DNA from: Nostoc sp. TH1S01
GTDB lineage: Bacteria > Cyanobacteriota > Cyanobacteriia > Cyanobacteriales > Nostocaceae
Direction of reading: 5' to 3'
Length of the DNA: 64,000 nucleotides
Assembly (NCBI GenBank): GCA_018993265.1
Contig: JAGKSW010000002.1
Location: forward strand, 20,609-84,608
Below are positions 9,298 through 19,001 of the stretch, piece after piece. Position numbers and translations under genes: made by a program. The notes below the pieces were generated by a model. The model was not told the DNA's origin, did no database searches, and saw nothing but the letters and a program-made list of their open reading frames with translations. Each line of letters starts with the position of its first letter. Position 1 is the first letter of the stretch.

Positions 9298-11592
9298 ATG
9301 TCCATAGCCACGATCGCTCAGGAACAAGTTAACCGCATAGTTTGGAATCAGCATCACGACCCGTTTGAAATACTTGGTTCTCATGCCATAGAACAAAATG
9401 GTAAAAATGTGTGGGCTGTACGTGCGTATCTACCAAATGCAAGTGCAGCCTGGGTAATTGTTCCCCAAGAACGCAAAGAATACCCAATGCAACCCGTACA
9501 TCATCCCCATTTTTTTGAATGTACGATTGAAACCCCAGAACTTGCCAACTACCAGTTACGTATTCAAGAAGGAGAACATGAGCGAGTTACTTATGACCCC
9601 TACGCTTTCCGTTCTCCGCGCATAACAGACTTTGACTTGCACTTGTTTGCAGAAGGTAACCATCATAGAATTTACGAAAAACTTGGAGCGCACCCCACCG
9701 AAATCGACGGTGTAAAAGGTGTTTATTTTGCTGTTTGGGCTCCCAATGCGCGTAATGTTTCTTTATTGGGAGATTTCAACCTTTGGGATGGACGCAAACA
9801 TCAGATGCGTAAAGGCCCCACAGGGGTTTGGGAATTATTCATTCCCGAAATCGGCGTAGGGGAACATTACAAATATGAAATCAAAAATATTGAAGGACAT
9901 ATTTACGAAAAATCTGACCCCTTTGCTTTTCAACAGGAACCCCGGCCAAAAACAGCATCCATCGTCACTAACTTAAATTCCTATCAATGGAATGACGAAG
10001 ATTGGATGGAAAAGCGCCGTCACACCGACCCCCTGACTCAACCTGTCTCCGTTTACGAAGTCCACTTAGGTTCTTGGCTACACGCTTCCAGCGCCGAACC
10101 GCCTAAATTACCCAATGGTGAAACTGAGTCTGTAGTTATTGTTTCGGAATTAAAGCCCGGTGCGCGATTTTTAACTTATCGGGAATTGGCAGACCGACTC
10201 ATTCCCTACGTCAAAGATTTAGGATATACCCATGTAGAACTATTACCCATTGCCGAGCATCCTTTTGATGGGTCTTGGGGTTATCAAGTTACTGGCTATT
10301 ATGCACCCACTTCCCGGTTTGGTACTCCCGAAGATTTCATGTATTTTGTTGACCAATGTCACCAAAACGGAATTGGGGTAATTGTTGATTGGGTTCCCGG
10401 TCACTTCCCCAAAGATGGACATGGTTTAGCTTTCTTTGATGGTACTCACTTATACGAACACGCCGATCCCCGCAAAGGCGAACATAAAGAATGGGGTACG
10501 CTGGTATTCAACTATAACCGCAACGAAGTTAGAAATTTCTTAGTAGCCAATGCCCTGTTTTGGTTTGATAGATATCACATCGATGGCATTCGTGTTGATG
10601 CAGTAGCTTCCATGCTGTATCTTGACTATTGCCGTAAAGAAGGTGAATGGGTAACTAACCAATACGGCGGTCGAGAAAATTTAGAAGCGGCTGATTTCTT
10701 GCGTCAAGTAAATTACCTCATTTTTAGTTATTTTCCTGGTGCGCTTTCGATTGCAGAAGAGTCTACTGCTTGGCCTATGGTGTCTTGGCCTACCTACACA
10801 GGCGGTTTAGGCTTTAACTTAAAGTGGAACATGGGTTGGATGCACGATATGCTGGATTACTTCAGCATGGATCCTTGGTTCCGCCAATTCCATCAAAATA
10901 ACGTCACCTTTAGTATTTGGTACAACCACAGCGAAAATTTCATGCTGGCTTTGTCTCACGATGAAGTTGTGCATGGTAAGAGCAACATCATCGGTAAAAT
11001 GCCTGGTGATAGATGGCAGAAGATGGCCAATGTGCGTTGTTTATTTACTTATATGTTTGCTCACCCAGGCAAGAAAACCATGTTTATGAGCATGGAATTT
11101 GGCCAATGGAGTGAGTGGAATGTTTGGGCTGATTTAGAGTGGCAATTGTTACAGCATGAGCCACACCAACAATTGAAAAAGTTCTTCCAAGAACTCAACC
11201 AACTCTACCGTTCTGAACCAGCTTTATACACCTTAGATTTTGCTAGAGAAGGTTTTGAGTGGATTGATTGTAGCGACAATCGTCATAGTGTGGTTTCTTT
11301 CATTCGCCGTGACAAAGATTCTGACGATTTTGTCGTGGTGATTTGTAACTTTACACCCCAACCTCATTCTCATTACCGCATCGGTGTCCCAGAAAAAGGA
11401 TTTTACACCGAGTTGTTTAATAGTGATGCCCGTCAGTATGGCGGCAGTAATATGGGCAACTTAGGCGGTAAGTGGACAGATGATTGGTCAATGCACAATC
11501 GTCCTTATTCTCTAGACTTGTGTTTACCACCCTTGGGTGTGTTGATGTTTAAGTTAGATAAAGAGAAAACGGCTGAGGCTTTAGGTTCTTAA
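9298..11592 (+). CDS. glgB: 1,4-alpha-glucan branching enzyme
   Basis: GH13 motifs [30 protein letters not shown] and [10 protein letters not shown]. Confidence 0.97.
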   Translation: MSIATIAQEQVNRIVWNQHHDPFEILGSHAIEQNGKNVWAVRAYLPNASAAWVIVPQERKEYPMQPVHHPHFFECTIETPELANYQLRIQEGEHERVTYDPYAFRSPRITDFDLHLFAEGNHHRIYEKLGAHPTEIDGVKGVYFAVWAPNARNVSLLGDFNLWDGRKHQMRKGPTGVWELFIPEIGVGEHYKYEIKNIEGHIYEKSDPFAFQQEPRPKTASIVTNLNSYQWNDEDWMEKRRHTDPLTQPVSVYEVHLGSWLHASSAEPPKLPNGETESVVIVSELKPGARFLTYRELADRLIPYVKDLGYTHVELLPIAEHPFDGSWGYQVTGYYAPTSRFGTPEDFMYFVDQCHQNGIGVIVDWVPGHFPKDGHGLAFFDGTHLYEHADPRKGEHKEWGTLVFNYNRNEVRNFLVANALFWFDRYHIDGIRVDAVASMLYLDYCRKEGEWVTNQYGGRENLEAADFLRQVNYLIFSYFPGALSIAEESTAWPMVSWPTYTGGLGFNLKWNMGWMHDMLDYFSMDPWFRQFHQNNVTFSIWYNHSENFMLALSHDEVVHGKSNIIGKMPGDRWQKMANVRCLFTYMFAHPGKKTMFMSMEFGQWSEWNVWADLEWQLLQHEPHQQLKKFFQELNQLYRSEPALYTLDFAREGFEWIDCSDNRHSVVSFIRRDKDSDDFVVVICNFTPQPHSHYRIGVPEKGFYTELFNSDARQYGGSNMGNLGGKWTDDWSMHNRPYSLDLCLPPLGVLMFKLDKEKTAEALGS

Positions 11593-11597
11593 TCGTG

Positions 11598-11625
11598 AAG
11601 GTGGGTATAGTCCCACCTTTTTTAT
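11598..11625 (+). terminator. Rho-independent terminator after glgB
   Basis: AAGGTGGG-loop-CCCACCTT stem followed by a T tract. Confidence 0.7.
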
Positions 11626-11710
11626 TTGGGAAAGTGCGATCGCTATCAGAAAATTTTGGCCATCAATTAATATAAAAATACCCGCAACAATTACCAATCG
11701 GTGAAAAGCT

Positions 11711-12457
11711 ATGTCAGATATCACCCTAGCTGCACCAGATATTCAACTCCCACCCACTCAAGCGGAACTTCCCTATGATGACGGTGTACCAATGGAAAGC
11801 GCCCGGCATAAAGCTCAGATGGATTTGCTCATAGATGCGTTAATTCCTTGGTTGGAACAAAGGGAGGATGGGTTTGTTGGCGGAAATATGTTTGTTTATT
11901 ACAGTCTGGCACAGGTGCGAAACAAAGATTTTAAAGGGCCAGACTTTTTTGCTGTGTTGGGAGTCCCGAAAGGTGAACGTCGCAGTTGGGTAGTTTGGGA
12001 AGAAGGTAAAGCACCAGATGTAGTTATTGAGTTACTTTCTGACAGCACAGCACAAGCAGACAAAAATGAGAAAAAACTGATTTATCAAAATCAAATGCGT
12101 GTACCAGAATATTTCTGGTATGACCCCTTTAACCCTAATGATTTGTCAGGGTTCTCTAATGAAAAAGGTATTTATCAACCCATCGCCACAAATTCCCAAA
12201 ACCAGTTAATCAGTCAATCTTTAGGTTTAGCCTTGCAATTGTGGCAGGGAAATTATAAAGGAATTGATGCTATTTGGTTGCGTTGGGCAAGTTTGGCAGG
12301 AGAATTATTACCCACTCCTGAAGAAAAGGAACGCCAACGTGCAGAAAAAGCAGAATCTCAGTTACTACAAACTGCGCGTAATTTACTTGAAACTGGGATG
12401 ACAGTAGAACAAGTAGCTAGGTTAACAGGTTTGAGTGTATCTGAACTAGAAAGTTAG
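11711..12457 (+). CDS. Uma2/DUF820 family putative endonuclease
   Basis: GPDFFAV, PDVVIELLS and VPEYFWYDP motifs. Confidence 0.9.
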   Translation: MSDITLAAPDIQLPPTQAELPYDDGVPMESARHKAQMDLLIDALIPWLEQREDGFVGGNMFVYYSLAQVRNKDFKGPDFFAVLGVPKGERRSWVVWEEGKAPDVVIELLSDSTAQADKNEKKLIYQNQMRVPEYFWYDPFNPNDLSGFSNEKGIYQPIATNSQNQLISQSLGLALQLWQGNYKGIDAIWLRWASLAGELLPTPEEKERQRAEKAESQLLQTARNLLETGMTVEQVARLTGLSVSELES

Positions 12458-12593
12458 AACTTTGCCACACTACGACAAAATCAAGCGATCGCACTTATGA
12501 TAAATTAGTCAACTGCATCAAAAATCTGCTGTGCGCTTAAATTTAATTGAAGAAAGGTTAACGAAGCGATCGCATTCAAAAAAACACGGCGGA

Positions 12594-12634
12594 GCGATCG
12601 CTTATCTTTTCATATCAGCAACACCAGAGGCGAT
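12594..12634. repeat. 41-bp direct repeat, copy 1
   Basis: GCGATCGCTTATCTTTTCATATCAGCAACACCAGAGGCGAT; copy 2 at 13528-13568 differs by 1 base. Confidence 0.9.
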
Positions 12635-12640
12635 TGTGGT

Positions 12641-13021
12641 TCATGCAACTTTGTCGGTATTTTGTACGGTTGATGCAGCCAACATTGGATCGATATCTTG
12701 AGTTTTGTCTCGTTGAATAAACTCATCCAAAAGTTGAAAGAAATAATCAAACCCTGCTTTCTCATCAATACAGGTGAGCAAAATAATTTTGTCCCAAGCG
12801 TTAACAGTACGGATTGATAAGCGATTTTGCAGCCAGGGTTGAAAGTTTTTGTAAAAGTCAATTTCGGCTTCAGTATTGTTAATACCTACTTCGGATCGCG
12901 CAAAGCGATAACCAAGTATAAACATTCGCAAATTTGTAATAGAAGCAGTTCCTAGATATAGTCCTGGTTTGCTTTTGATTTTTTCTAATAGCTCAAATAA
13001 TGTACTCATTCTTTGCTCCAT
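12641..13021 (-). CDS. Hypothetical protein, candidate immunity protein of the upstream papain-fold toxin
   Basis: Starts 11 bp downstream of the toxin stop codon; LEKIKSKPGLYLG...FQPWL motif. The immunity role is inferred from position only. Confidence 0.6.
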   Translation of the reverse strand: MEQRMSTLFELLEKIKSKPGLYLGTASITNLRMFILGYRFARSEVGINNTEAEIDFYKNFQPWLQNRLSIRTVNAWDKIILLTCIDEKAGFDYFFQLLDEFIQRDKTQDIDPMLAASTVQNTDKVA

Positions 13022-13032
13022 TGATCGCTGCT

Positions 13033-13416
13033 TTAAAATTCTTCAATCACTTCCACTTCAAATTCATTGGAGAGGGAGGTAAAATCTTTAACCCAATTTT
13101 CAGGTGTAAGCCCTTGTTTAGAAAGGTTGTCAAAGATTTTTCCATAAACTTCAACACCATAGTGAACACCATTTTCAGTGATGCTTTCAAAGCAGCCCTT
13201 TTGTTCCAGGCGATCGCTGAGGATAAAATCTTCATGGTCGTATCGGGTAGATATTCGCCAAAGTTTTCCTGGTACTCCGCGTTGTTTGAGCCATCTTTTG
13301 AGTGTGCTGGCACATTCTTGACAGTGAAGTAGTGGAAATCGGATGACAAGATCACCAATGACTTTGTAAAGTTCAGCAATGGCTGCATCATCTACGGGTT
13401 CTGTCAGGCAAAGCAC
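13033..13416 (-). CDS. Papain-fold toxin 2 (Tox-PL-2) domain protein
   Basis: CQECA, SITENGVHYGVEV and KIFDN (putative Cys/His/Asp catalytic set). Confidence 0.75.
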   Translation of the reverse strand: MLCLTEPVDDAAIAELYKVIGDLVIRFPLLHCQECASTLKRWLKQRGVPGKLWRISTRYDHEDFILSDRLEQKGCFESITENGVHYGVEVYGKIFDNLSKQGLTPENWVKDFTSLSNEFEVEVIEEF

Positions 13417-13527
13417 CCCCCATAAAAAAATTGATTTTATTGTAGCTTCTGAACGATATCTAGCGAAAATAAGCCTAGCTTCATTCCATTTTCAGTCAGA
13501 CGGCGATCGCCTAATTTTTTTAAGAAT

Positions 13528-13568
13528 GCGATCGCTTATATTTTCATATCAGCAACACCAGAGGCGAT
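13528..13568. repeat. 41-bp direct repeat, copy 2
   Basis: GCGATCGCTTATATTTTCATATCAGCAACACCAGAGGCGAT(CGC). Confidence 0.9.
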
Positions 13569-13578
13569 CGCATTGGTT

Positions 13579-14046
13579 TCAGCCCCTTTCTGGTAGCCAG
13601 TTTATCTCAAGTAATTGTTCGAGGGTATAAGGACAGTCTTGTGGAAAATTTATCTCATATCCTGTCTTTTGCCTCACATATTTTAATGCTTTTTCATAAA
13701 CTTTTGCTTGGTTTTCTTGTAAGTGATTTCGTAAGTTTTGAGTTAAATCCTCATTAAGTTGTGTTCTAAAACTTAGAATTTCCGCTTGCCAATGATTGGA
13801 ATTATACTCAGATTCCGCAGTCCAATATTGTAGAAGGAGTAAATGTCTGATAATCTGTTCTAGGAATCTTTCAACAGTTTTTTTGTCTCTCCGACTCAAC
13901 TCTTCTAACTCCTCAATTAGATGCTCTTTGTCTAACTCATCAAATCGGTTTTCTTTTAAAAGATTAATCGTTTGCGCTAACCATTGCTCATATTCGCTCT
14001 CATAAAGAGATGTTAAGTTAGTATTAATCGTCATTTTTGACCTCAA
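13579..14046 (-). CDS. DUF29 family protein
   Basis: LYESEYEQWLAQTINLL...LDKEHLIEELEEL...CPYTLEQLL. Confidence 0.9.
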   Translation of the reverse strand: MRSKMTINTNLTSLYESEYEQWLAQTINLLKENRFDELDKEHLIEELEELSRRDKKTVERFLEQIIRHLLLLQYWTAESEYNSNHWQAEILSFRTQLNEDLTQNLRNHLQENQAKVYEKALKYVRQKTGYEINFPQDCPYTLEQLLEINWLPERG

Positions 14047-14070
14047 TTTTACGATTATGAAGGGTTAGTT

Positions 14071-14255
14071 TGTTGGGCTTGGTTTCCTTAAGCTAATCTA
14101 CAATATCGATGATGCCTGCGGCGGGCTGCGCCTACACACTTTTATTTTATTGCTATAGGAGCGATCGCACTCACAAAAATACAACGAGCGATCGCATCAA
14201 TTTTTCCTCCACAAAAGTTATAAATGTAGGTTGGGTTGAGGTACGAAACCCAACA
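14071..14255. repeat. GTAG-type REP/SDR cluster left of RAYT
   Basis: Degenerate REP at 14071-14101, GATGCCTGCGGCGGGCTGCGCCTAC at 14111-14135, and REP GTAGGTTGGGTTGAGGTACGAAACCCAAC at 14226-14254. Confidence 0.75.
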
Positions 14256-14303
14256 TAAATCACAAAACCCAACACAAATCTTATCAATTTTATTCTCAAT
14301 AAT

Positions 14304-14846
14304 ATGCAATATCGTCGAGCAAAAACACCGGAGGCAACTTATTTTTTTACCCTTGTTACCCACCACCATCGTCCTATTTTGGCTGAATCAGAAAATATAG
14401 ATTTACTCAGGGAAGCTTTTCGGTATGTGATGAAACAACATCCCATGAAGATTGATGCGATCGCAATTTTGCCAGAGCATATCCATTGTATTTGGACATT
14501 ACCCGAAAATGATGCCGATTTTTCAACTCGTTGGCGGTTAATTAAAAGTTATTTTAGTCGTAAATGTCATTTTTCTTATCAAGAGAAAATGACTTCATCT
14601 CGAAAACAAAAGGTAGAAAAAGCGATTTGGCAACGTCGATTTTGGGAGCATCAAATTAGAGACGATCGAGATTTTGTTAATCATTTGGAATATACTCACT
14701 ATAATCCCGTCCATCACGGATTAGTTTTTGCACCGAAAGATTGGCAATATTCGAGTTTTCACCGTTATGTGGAAGCGGGGGTTTATGATTTGATGTGGGG
14801 GGCTGAGGAAAGGTTAATATTTAATGACAATATTGGCCAAGAATAA
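14304..14846 (+). mobile_element. REP-associated tyrosine transposase (RAYT, Y1 HUH)
   Basis: YFFTLVT, HUH motif PEHIHCIW, IWQRRFWEHQIRD, YTHYNPV and WQYSS; flanked by REPs. Confidence 0.9.
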
Positions 14847-14849
14847 ATT

Positions 14850-14940
14850 GTAGGTTGGGTGAAACGATAGTGAAACCCAACAAATCAAAATATTTGATGG
14901 GTTTATATAATGTTGGGTTTCGTTCCTCAACCCAACCTAC
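14850..14940. repeat. Inverted REP doublet (REPIN) right of RAYT
   Basis: GTAGGTTGGGTG...AAACCCAAC at 14850-14881 and the inverted TGTTGGGTTTCGTTCCTCAACCCAACCTAC at 14911-14940. Confidence 0.85.
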
Positions 14941-14973
14941 AAGATCAGGCGATCGTACTTCCGAAAGGTCGGG

Positions 14974-16557
14974 TTATTTCCATTTTTCTGCCCATTGTGA
15001 TAAGGCGTTGGACTTTTCTGTTAGTTCTTCTATTGGGGTTCCTAACTTTATCAATTTCGTAATCTCTTCAATAAACACATCTTTGTCGTAGCCGATTTGA
15101 TGGCCTTCAACATCTTCTTTTTGCGCTTTGATAAAATCATTACGATTGGACTTTAACCAGTTATGATATATAGTGTTGAGTTCCACGTCGCTAATCTGTT
15201 GGACTATCGCTTTGTAGTAGTCTGTACCGCCTTTTGCTAGCTGTTGGTGTTGCTCCAAACTCTTCTGAGTCTCTACTTCATCCTTATTACTAAGGGCGTT
15301 AATCAGCAATTTTTTGATGGGGGGTTTGCCGACTCCCTCTTCCTGCTTAAACTGGTCAACAGCTTTCTGCTTTTCCTCTTCACTAGAGGCCTCTAATAAA
15401 GCTTTTAGAAGTGGATAGTAGTCCACTGCATGAACGGCAAACTCATGAACAAGTGTGTTGATGATGCCACCAGTTGTAGAATTTATCTCGGAGTTCATAT
15501 TTATATTTATTCGGATTTTCAATCCTTCTTGTGTTGCTCTCTTGGCCAATTGGTCGTCCCTCAACACAACTAAATCTGTATCCGTTTGATGACCGATCAC
15601 ACTACTGTTATCCATGAATAGCAATTGTGTATCCCCTCCCGTTCCGTTCTCTTCTTCTATAGTGCAAAACTCTATGACGAGTTTCTCTTCTTGTCTCTGC
15701 GCTAGCCTATAGAGAGCTACTCCGCTTCCACGCGTGAACATGACACCTGATGTGAATACCTGTAGTGCAGGTTCTATCAAGGCAACCAATTTATGCTTCT
15801 GTGGTTGCGTTGTATCCCATATTCCTTGGATGACCGCCGTGGTGTTTGCCTCTTTTGTTTCGGGTTCGGGTTCTGGGATCGCTTTAGTTTGTCTTACATC
15901 CCAACTCCTTAACTCATATGTCTTCTGCTGAGAAAACACATCCGACCTCTTCTTCAAGGCCTCCCGCCCCATTTCATCCGCTTCCCTCTCCAATGCCTCA
16001 TTCTCATTAATCTGTAATCCTTTCATCTGCATTGTTGGTTTTACCCTTCCCTGCATCTGCTGGACAACGTGCCATGCTTCATGGGGTAAATGTTGCTCTT
16101 GTCCGGGTGCGACATGAATATCTGTGCCTTGGGTGTAAGCTAATGCTTGTAATTGGGCTGGTTTGGGCGAATTATAATGAACTCTGACATTATCAAGGGA
16201 ATATCCTGATAGATTTTCTACGCCTGCTTTGAGATTATTGGGTAATCCGGTTTGATTGGGAGTTTTTAACTCTGCTTGACGTTGAAGTAATGTATTCTCA
16301 GGCTTTGCCTGAAGTGTTTCTGACTGTTCTTCTCGTCGCTGTATTGCCAATTTTGGTTGCACAGGCTGACGCTCTCCTTCAGGATTTAAAATGGAGAACT
16401 CTGGTATCTGGCTTTTGTATCCCTTGGTTTCTTGCGGTTGCGTTATTTCTTCTGGCTTTCGCTGCGCTGCAAACGGACGGGACTCCAGAGGATTGGCTGT
16501 AGGAGCAAACGTATTCTGAGGCGAAGATTTCTTTTGTGAAGTTTGATGAGTCCGCAT
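14974..16557 (-). CDS. DUF4157 domain protein (eCIS-associated effector-like) with an uncharacterised C-terminal domain
   Basis: GLPNNLKAGVENLSGYSLDNVRVHYNS...ALAYTQGTDIH...HEAWHVVQQ...LEREADEMG; low-complexity N-terminus. Confidence 0.85.
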   Translation of the reverse strand: MRTHQTSQKKSSPQNTFAPTANPLESRPFAAQRKPEEITQPQETKGYKSQIPEFSILNPEGERQPVQPKLAIQRREEQSETLQAKPENTLLQRQAELKTPNQTGLPNNLKAGVENLSGYSLDNVRVHYNSPKPAQLQALAYTQGTDIHVAPGQEQHLPHEAWHVVQQMQGRVKPTMQMKGLQINENEALEREADEMGREALKKRSDVFSQQKTYELRSWDVRQTKAIPEPEPETKEANTTAVIQGIWDTTQPQKHKLVALIEPALQVFTSGVMFTRGSGVALYRLAQRQEEKLVIEFCTIEEENGTGGDTQLLFMDNSSVIGHQTDTDLVVLRDDQLAKRATQEGLKIRININMNSEINSTTGGIINTLVHEFAVHAVDYYPLLKALLEASSEEEKQKAVDQFKQEEGVGKPPIKKLLINALSNKDEVETQKSLEQHQQLAKGGTDYYKAIVQQISDVELNTIYHNWLKSNRNDFIKAQKEDVEGHQIGYDKDVFIEEITKLIKLGTPIEELTEKSNALSQWAEKWK

Positions 16558-16704
16558 AGCAATACTCCGATCGCAGCAAGATGATACTCTATTATTTCAC
16601 TCTTAAACGCTCTTCAGATTCGACTTTAGTATATTTATTTGATTGTTTTTCTCATTAAAATTAACGTGAGTTCGACAACAAGTCGAGAATAGGCAGTATG
16701 AAAC

Positions 16705-16842
16705 GCATCCCGCCTAGAACTAAAGTTCCAGGCTCATAGCCAAAGTCCACAAAGCGTGGACTGGAATGAGTTTCGTATTGAGTCCTCTTCAGAGGACTTG
16801 CGCTGTGAGACTCGGAATTTATTCCGAGGCGGGACAGATGCA
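16705..16842. repeat. Multi-hairpin miniature repeat element
   Basis: CCCGCC...GGCGGG ends; internal palindromes AGTCCAC-AAAGC-GTGGACT, AGTCCTCTTCAGAGGACT and CTCGGAATTTATTCCGAG. Confidence 0.65.
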
Positions 16843-16885
16843 CTCAACCCAGATTTGTGTGTACACCGTAGCCTTTCCAGACGAA

Positions 16886-18958
16886 TTAAGTAATCCATCC
16901 CTTAACTTCCATATCTGTTAAAGGTCGCTCCATTTTGATATACTCACTTTTCGCGGCTTGCAAAAGATGTTTCATCCCCACAGGTTCATCGGCATCGGCT
17001 GCTAAAAAGGCGGCATTTAAAGCAATATTGCGAATATTTCCGCCAGCAACATTCAGCTTGGCTAACTTCTGAAAATCTAAATCTGCAATGGGGGTTTGTT
17101 TAGGAAAAACTCGTCGCCAAATTTCTTCTCGCTGTTTCACATCGGGAAAGGGAAACTGCACAATAAAGCGAATGCGACGGAGAAATGCCTGATCTAAGGA
17201 AGCTTTTAAATTGGTGGTGAGAATTGCCAAGCCTCGGTAGGCTTCCATGCGTTGTAAGAGGTAGCTTACCTCAATGTTGGCGTGGCGGTCATGGGAATCT
17301 TTCACTTCTGTACGTTTACCAAATAATGCGTCGGCTTCATCAAACAACAGAATCACTCCTCCGCCTTCCGCCGCATCAAATACGCGCCGCAAGTTCTTCT
17401 CTGTCTCACCAATATACTTACTCACCACGGCACTCAAATCAATGCGGTAAACATCGAGATTGAGAGCATTACCCAATACTTCCGCCGCCAATGTTTTACC
17501 TGTACCACTGGCTCCCGCAAACAAGGCGCTGATTCCTAAACCGCGTCCGCCCTTACCAGCAAATCCCCACTGTTCATACACTTTGGAGCGTTGTCGTAGA
17601 TGGGCGGCAATATCTCTTAACACACCCAACTCATTGGGCGGTAATACTAAATCTTCCCACTCCGCCGTTGCTGTGATCCGTTGCGCCAATTCATCTAAGC
17701 GAGGACGTGCCTGAGTTCGGCAGATATCCCAAAGAAAAGTGCTGATTGAGGGGAGTAGGGAGTGGGGAGTGGGGAGTGGGGAGTGCTGAGTTACAGATTC
17801 TTCCTCTACACCCTTGCCCCCCTGCACCTCTGTACCCCATCTGGTTCTCGCTTCGGTGCAAACGTTGTGAATAGCAGAGGGGCTGAGGTTAAAGTGAGAA
17901 ACGAGGTGATCAATGTGTCCATTGAGGGAGGGAGCTAATTCACTGAGGGCAGTGTGCCATAACTGACGTTGTTCTGCGGGGCTGGGTTGATGCACTTCTA
18001 AGTTAAGCAGTGGGCGCTGGATGAAGCGACGCTCTAAACTAGAGACAATTACGGGAGCTTGCAGAGTTTCGAGAAATTGATTGATGTAATTTTCTTTACC
18101 TGCTTCTTGAGATTCTAGGCGATCGCAGTCAAGAAACACCACCCGCCGATGTAAGCGCCATTCCCGTTCCCACAAGCAGCAAATTAAATGCAGTTGATTG
18201 ATGTTGCTGGCCAGGGTATGTGGAGAAACGATATATCCTGTTAATTCTAGAGTCTGACAAACTGTTGCGGCGATCGCTTTTTTGCTGGCGGCTTCTGTTC
18301 CGCAAAGCTGCAACACAGGGAAAACCCGATTTTCCTGGAAAGCTTGCACCCAACAGTTTACCATTTGTTCGGATAAAGCCTGATGAGATGGCACTAAATC
18401 CTCTACAACCAATGGGGAAACTCCTATTTGCTGCAATCGCTCATCCAGAGGGTGCAATCCTAACAGATAATGAAAAATTTGCTCATCCAAACGCAAAGCA
18501 CACTTAGCCAAAGCGTTACCTGCACCTATTTCAATTAATCGCCAGCGCCGTAAAGGTGCATCTTGGGTGAGTGCGCCCCAAAAAGCAAATGATGAAATAG
18601 ATAGTGCCAAACTGAATGTAGGATAATCTAAGTGTGGCTGCTCTTGGGCTTCCGCACATAGTCTACCCCAATGCTGTTCTAACTCCATACCAGCACATAA
18701 CACCACAATTTCTCGCTCAAATGATGATAGGTTCAAGATTTGACAGAGTTGTTCTAGGGCTGGTGGTGCTAAGTTAAAAGCAGGATGATTCGCTAGTTGC
18801 TGAATCTCTTGATCATCAACAAACAAGCGTTGTTTGGCTTTTTCCTGATTTCTTTGTTCAATTTGCTGTTCTATAACTTGACGAGTTTGGGAAAGCCATG
18901 TCATCAAGTAATGGTAATTTGCCGTGTACCAATCTTTTGTAGCAGGGTTAGACAGCAT
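16886..18958 (-). CDS. AAA+ ATPase of the eCIS Afp15/Pvc15 type
   Basis: Degenerate first AAA module; second module has GASGTGKT, VVSKYIGETEKNL, LLFDEADALFGKR and DQAFLRRIRF. Directly upstream of the DUF4157 gene. Confidence 0.85.
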   Translation of the reverse strand: MLSNPATKDWYTANYHYLMTWLSQTRQVIEQQIEQRNQEKAKQRLFVDDQEIQQLANHPAFNLAPPALEQLCQILNLSSFEREIVVLCAGMELEQHWGRLCAEAQEQPHLDYPTFSLALSISSFAFWGALTQDAPLRRWRLIEIGAGNALAKCALRLDEQIFHYLLGLHPLDERLQQIGVSPLVVEDLVPSHQALSEQMVNCWVQAFQENRVFPVLQLCGTEAASKKAIAATVCQTLELTGYIVSPHTLASNINQLHLICCLWEREWRLHRRVVFLDCDRLESQEAGKENYINQFLETLQAPVIVSSLERRFIQRPLLNLEVHQPSPAEQRQLWHTALSELAPSLNGHIDHLVSHFNLSPSAIHNVCTEARTRWGTEVQGGKGVEEESVTQHSPLPTPHSLLPSISTFLWDICRTQARPRLDELAQRITATAEWEDLVLPPNELGVLRDIAAHLRQRSKVYEQWGFAGKGGRGLGISALFAGASGTGKTLAAEVLGNALNLDVYRIDLSAVVSKYIGETEKNLRRVFDAAEGGGVILLFDEADALFGKRTEVKDSHDRHANIEVSYLLQRMEAYRGLAILTTNLKASLDQAFLRRIRFIVQFPFPDVKQREEIWRRVFPKQTPIADLDFQKLAKLNVAGGNIRNIALNAAFLAADADEPVGMKHLLQAAKSEYIKMERPLTDMEVKGWIT

Positions 18959-19001
18959 TTATTCATTTAAAGCGGAGTGAAAAGCAGTTGTTCATGGCTA
19001 C

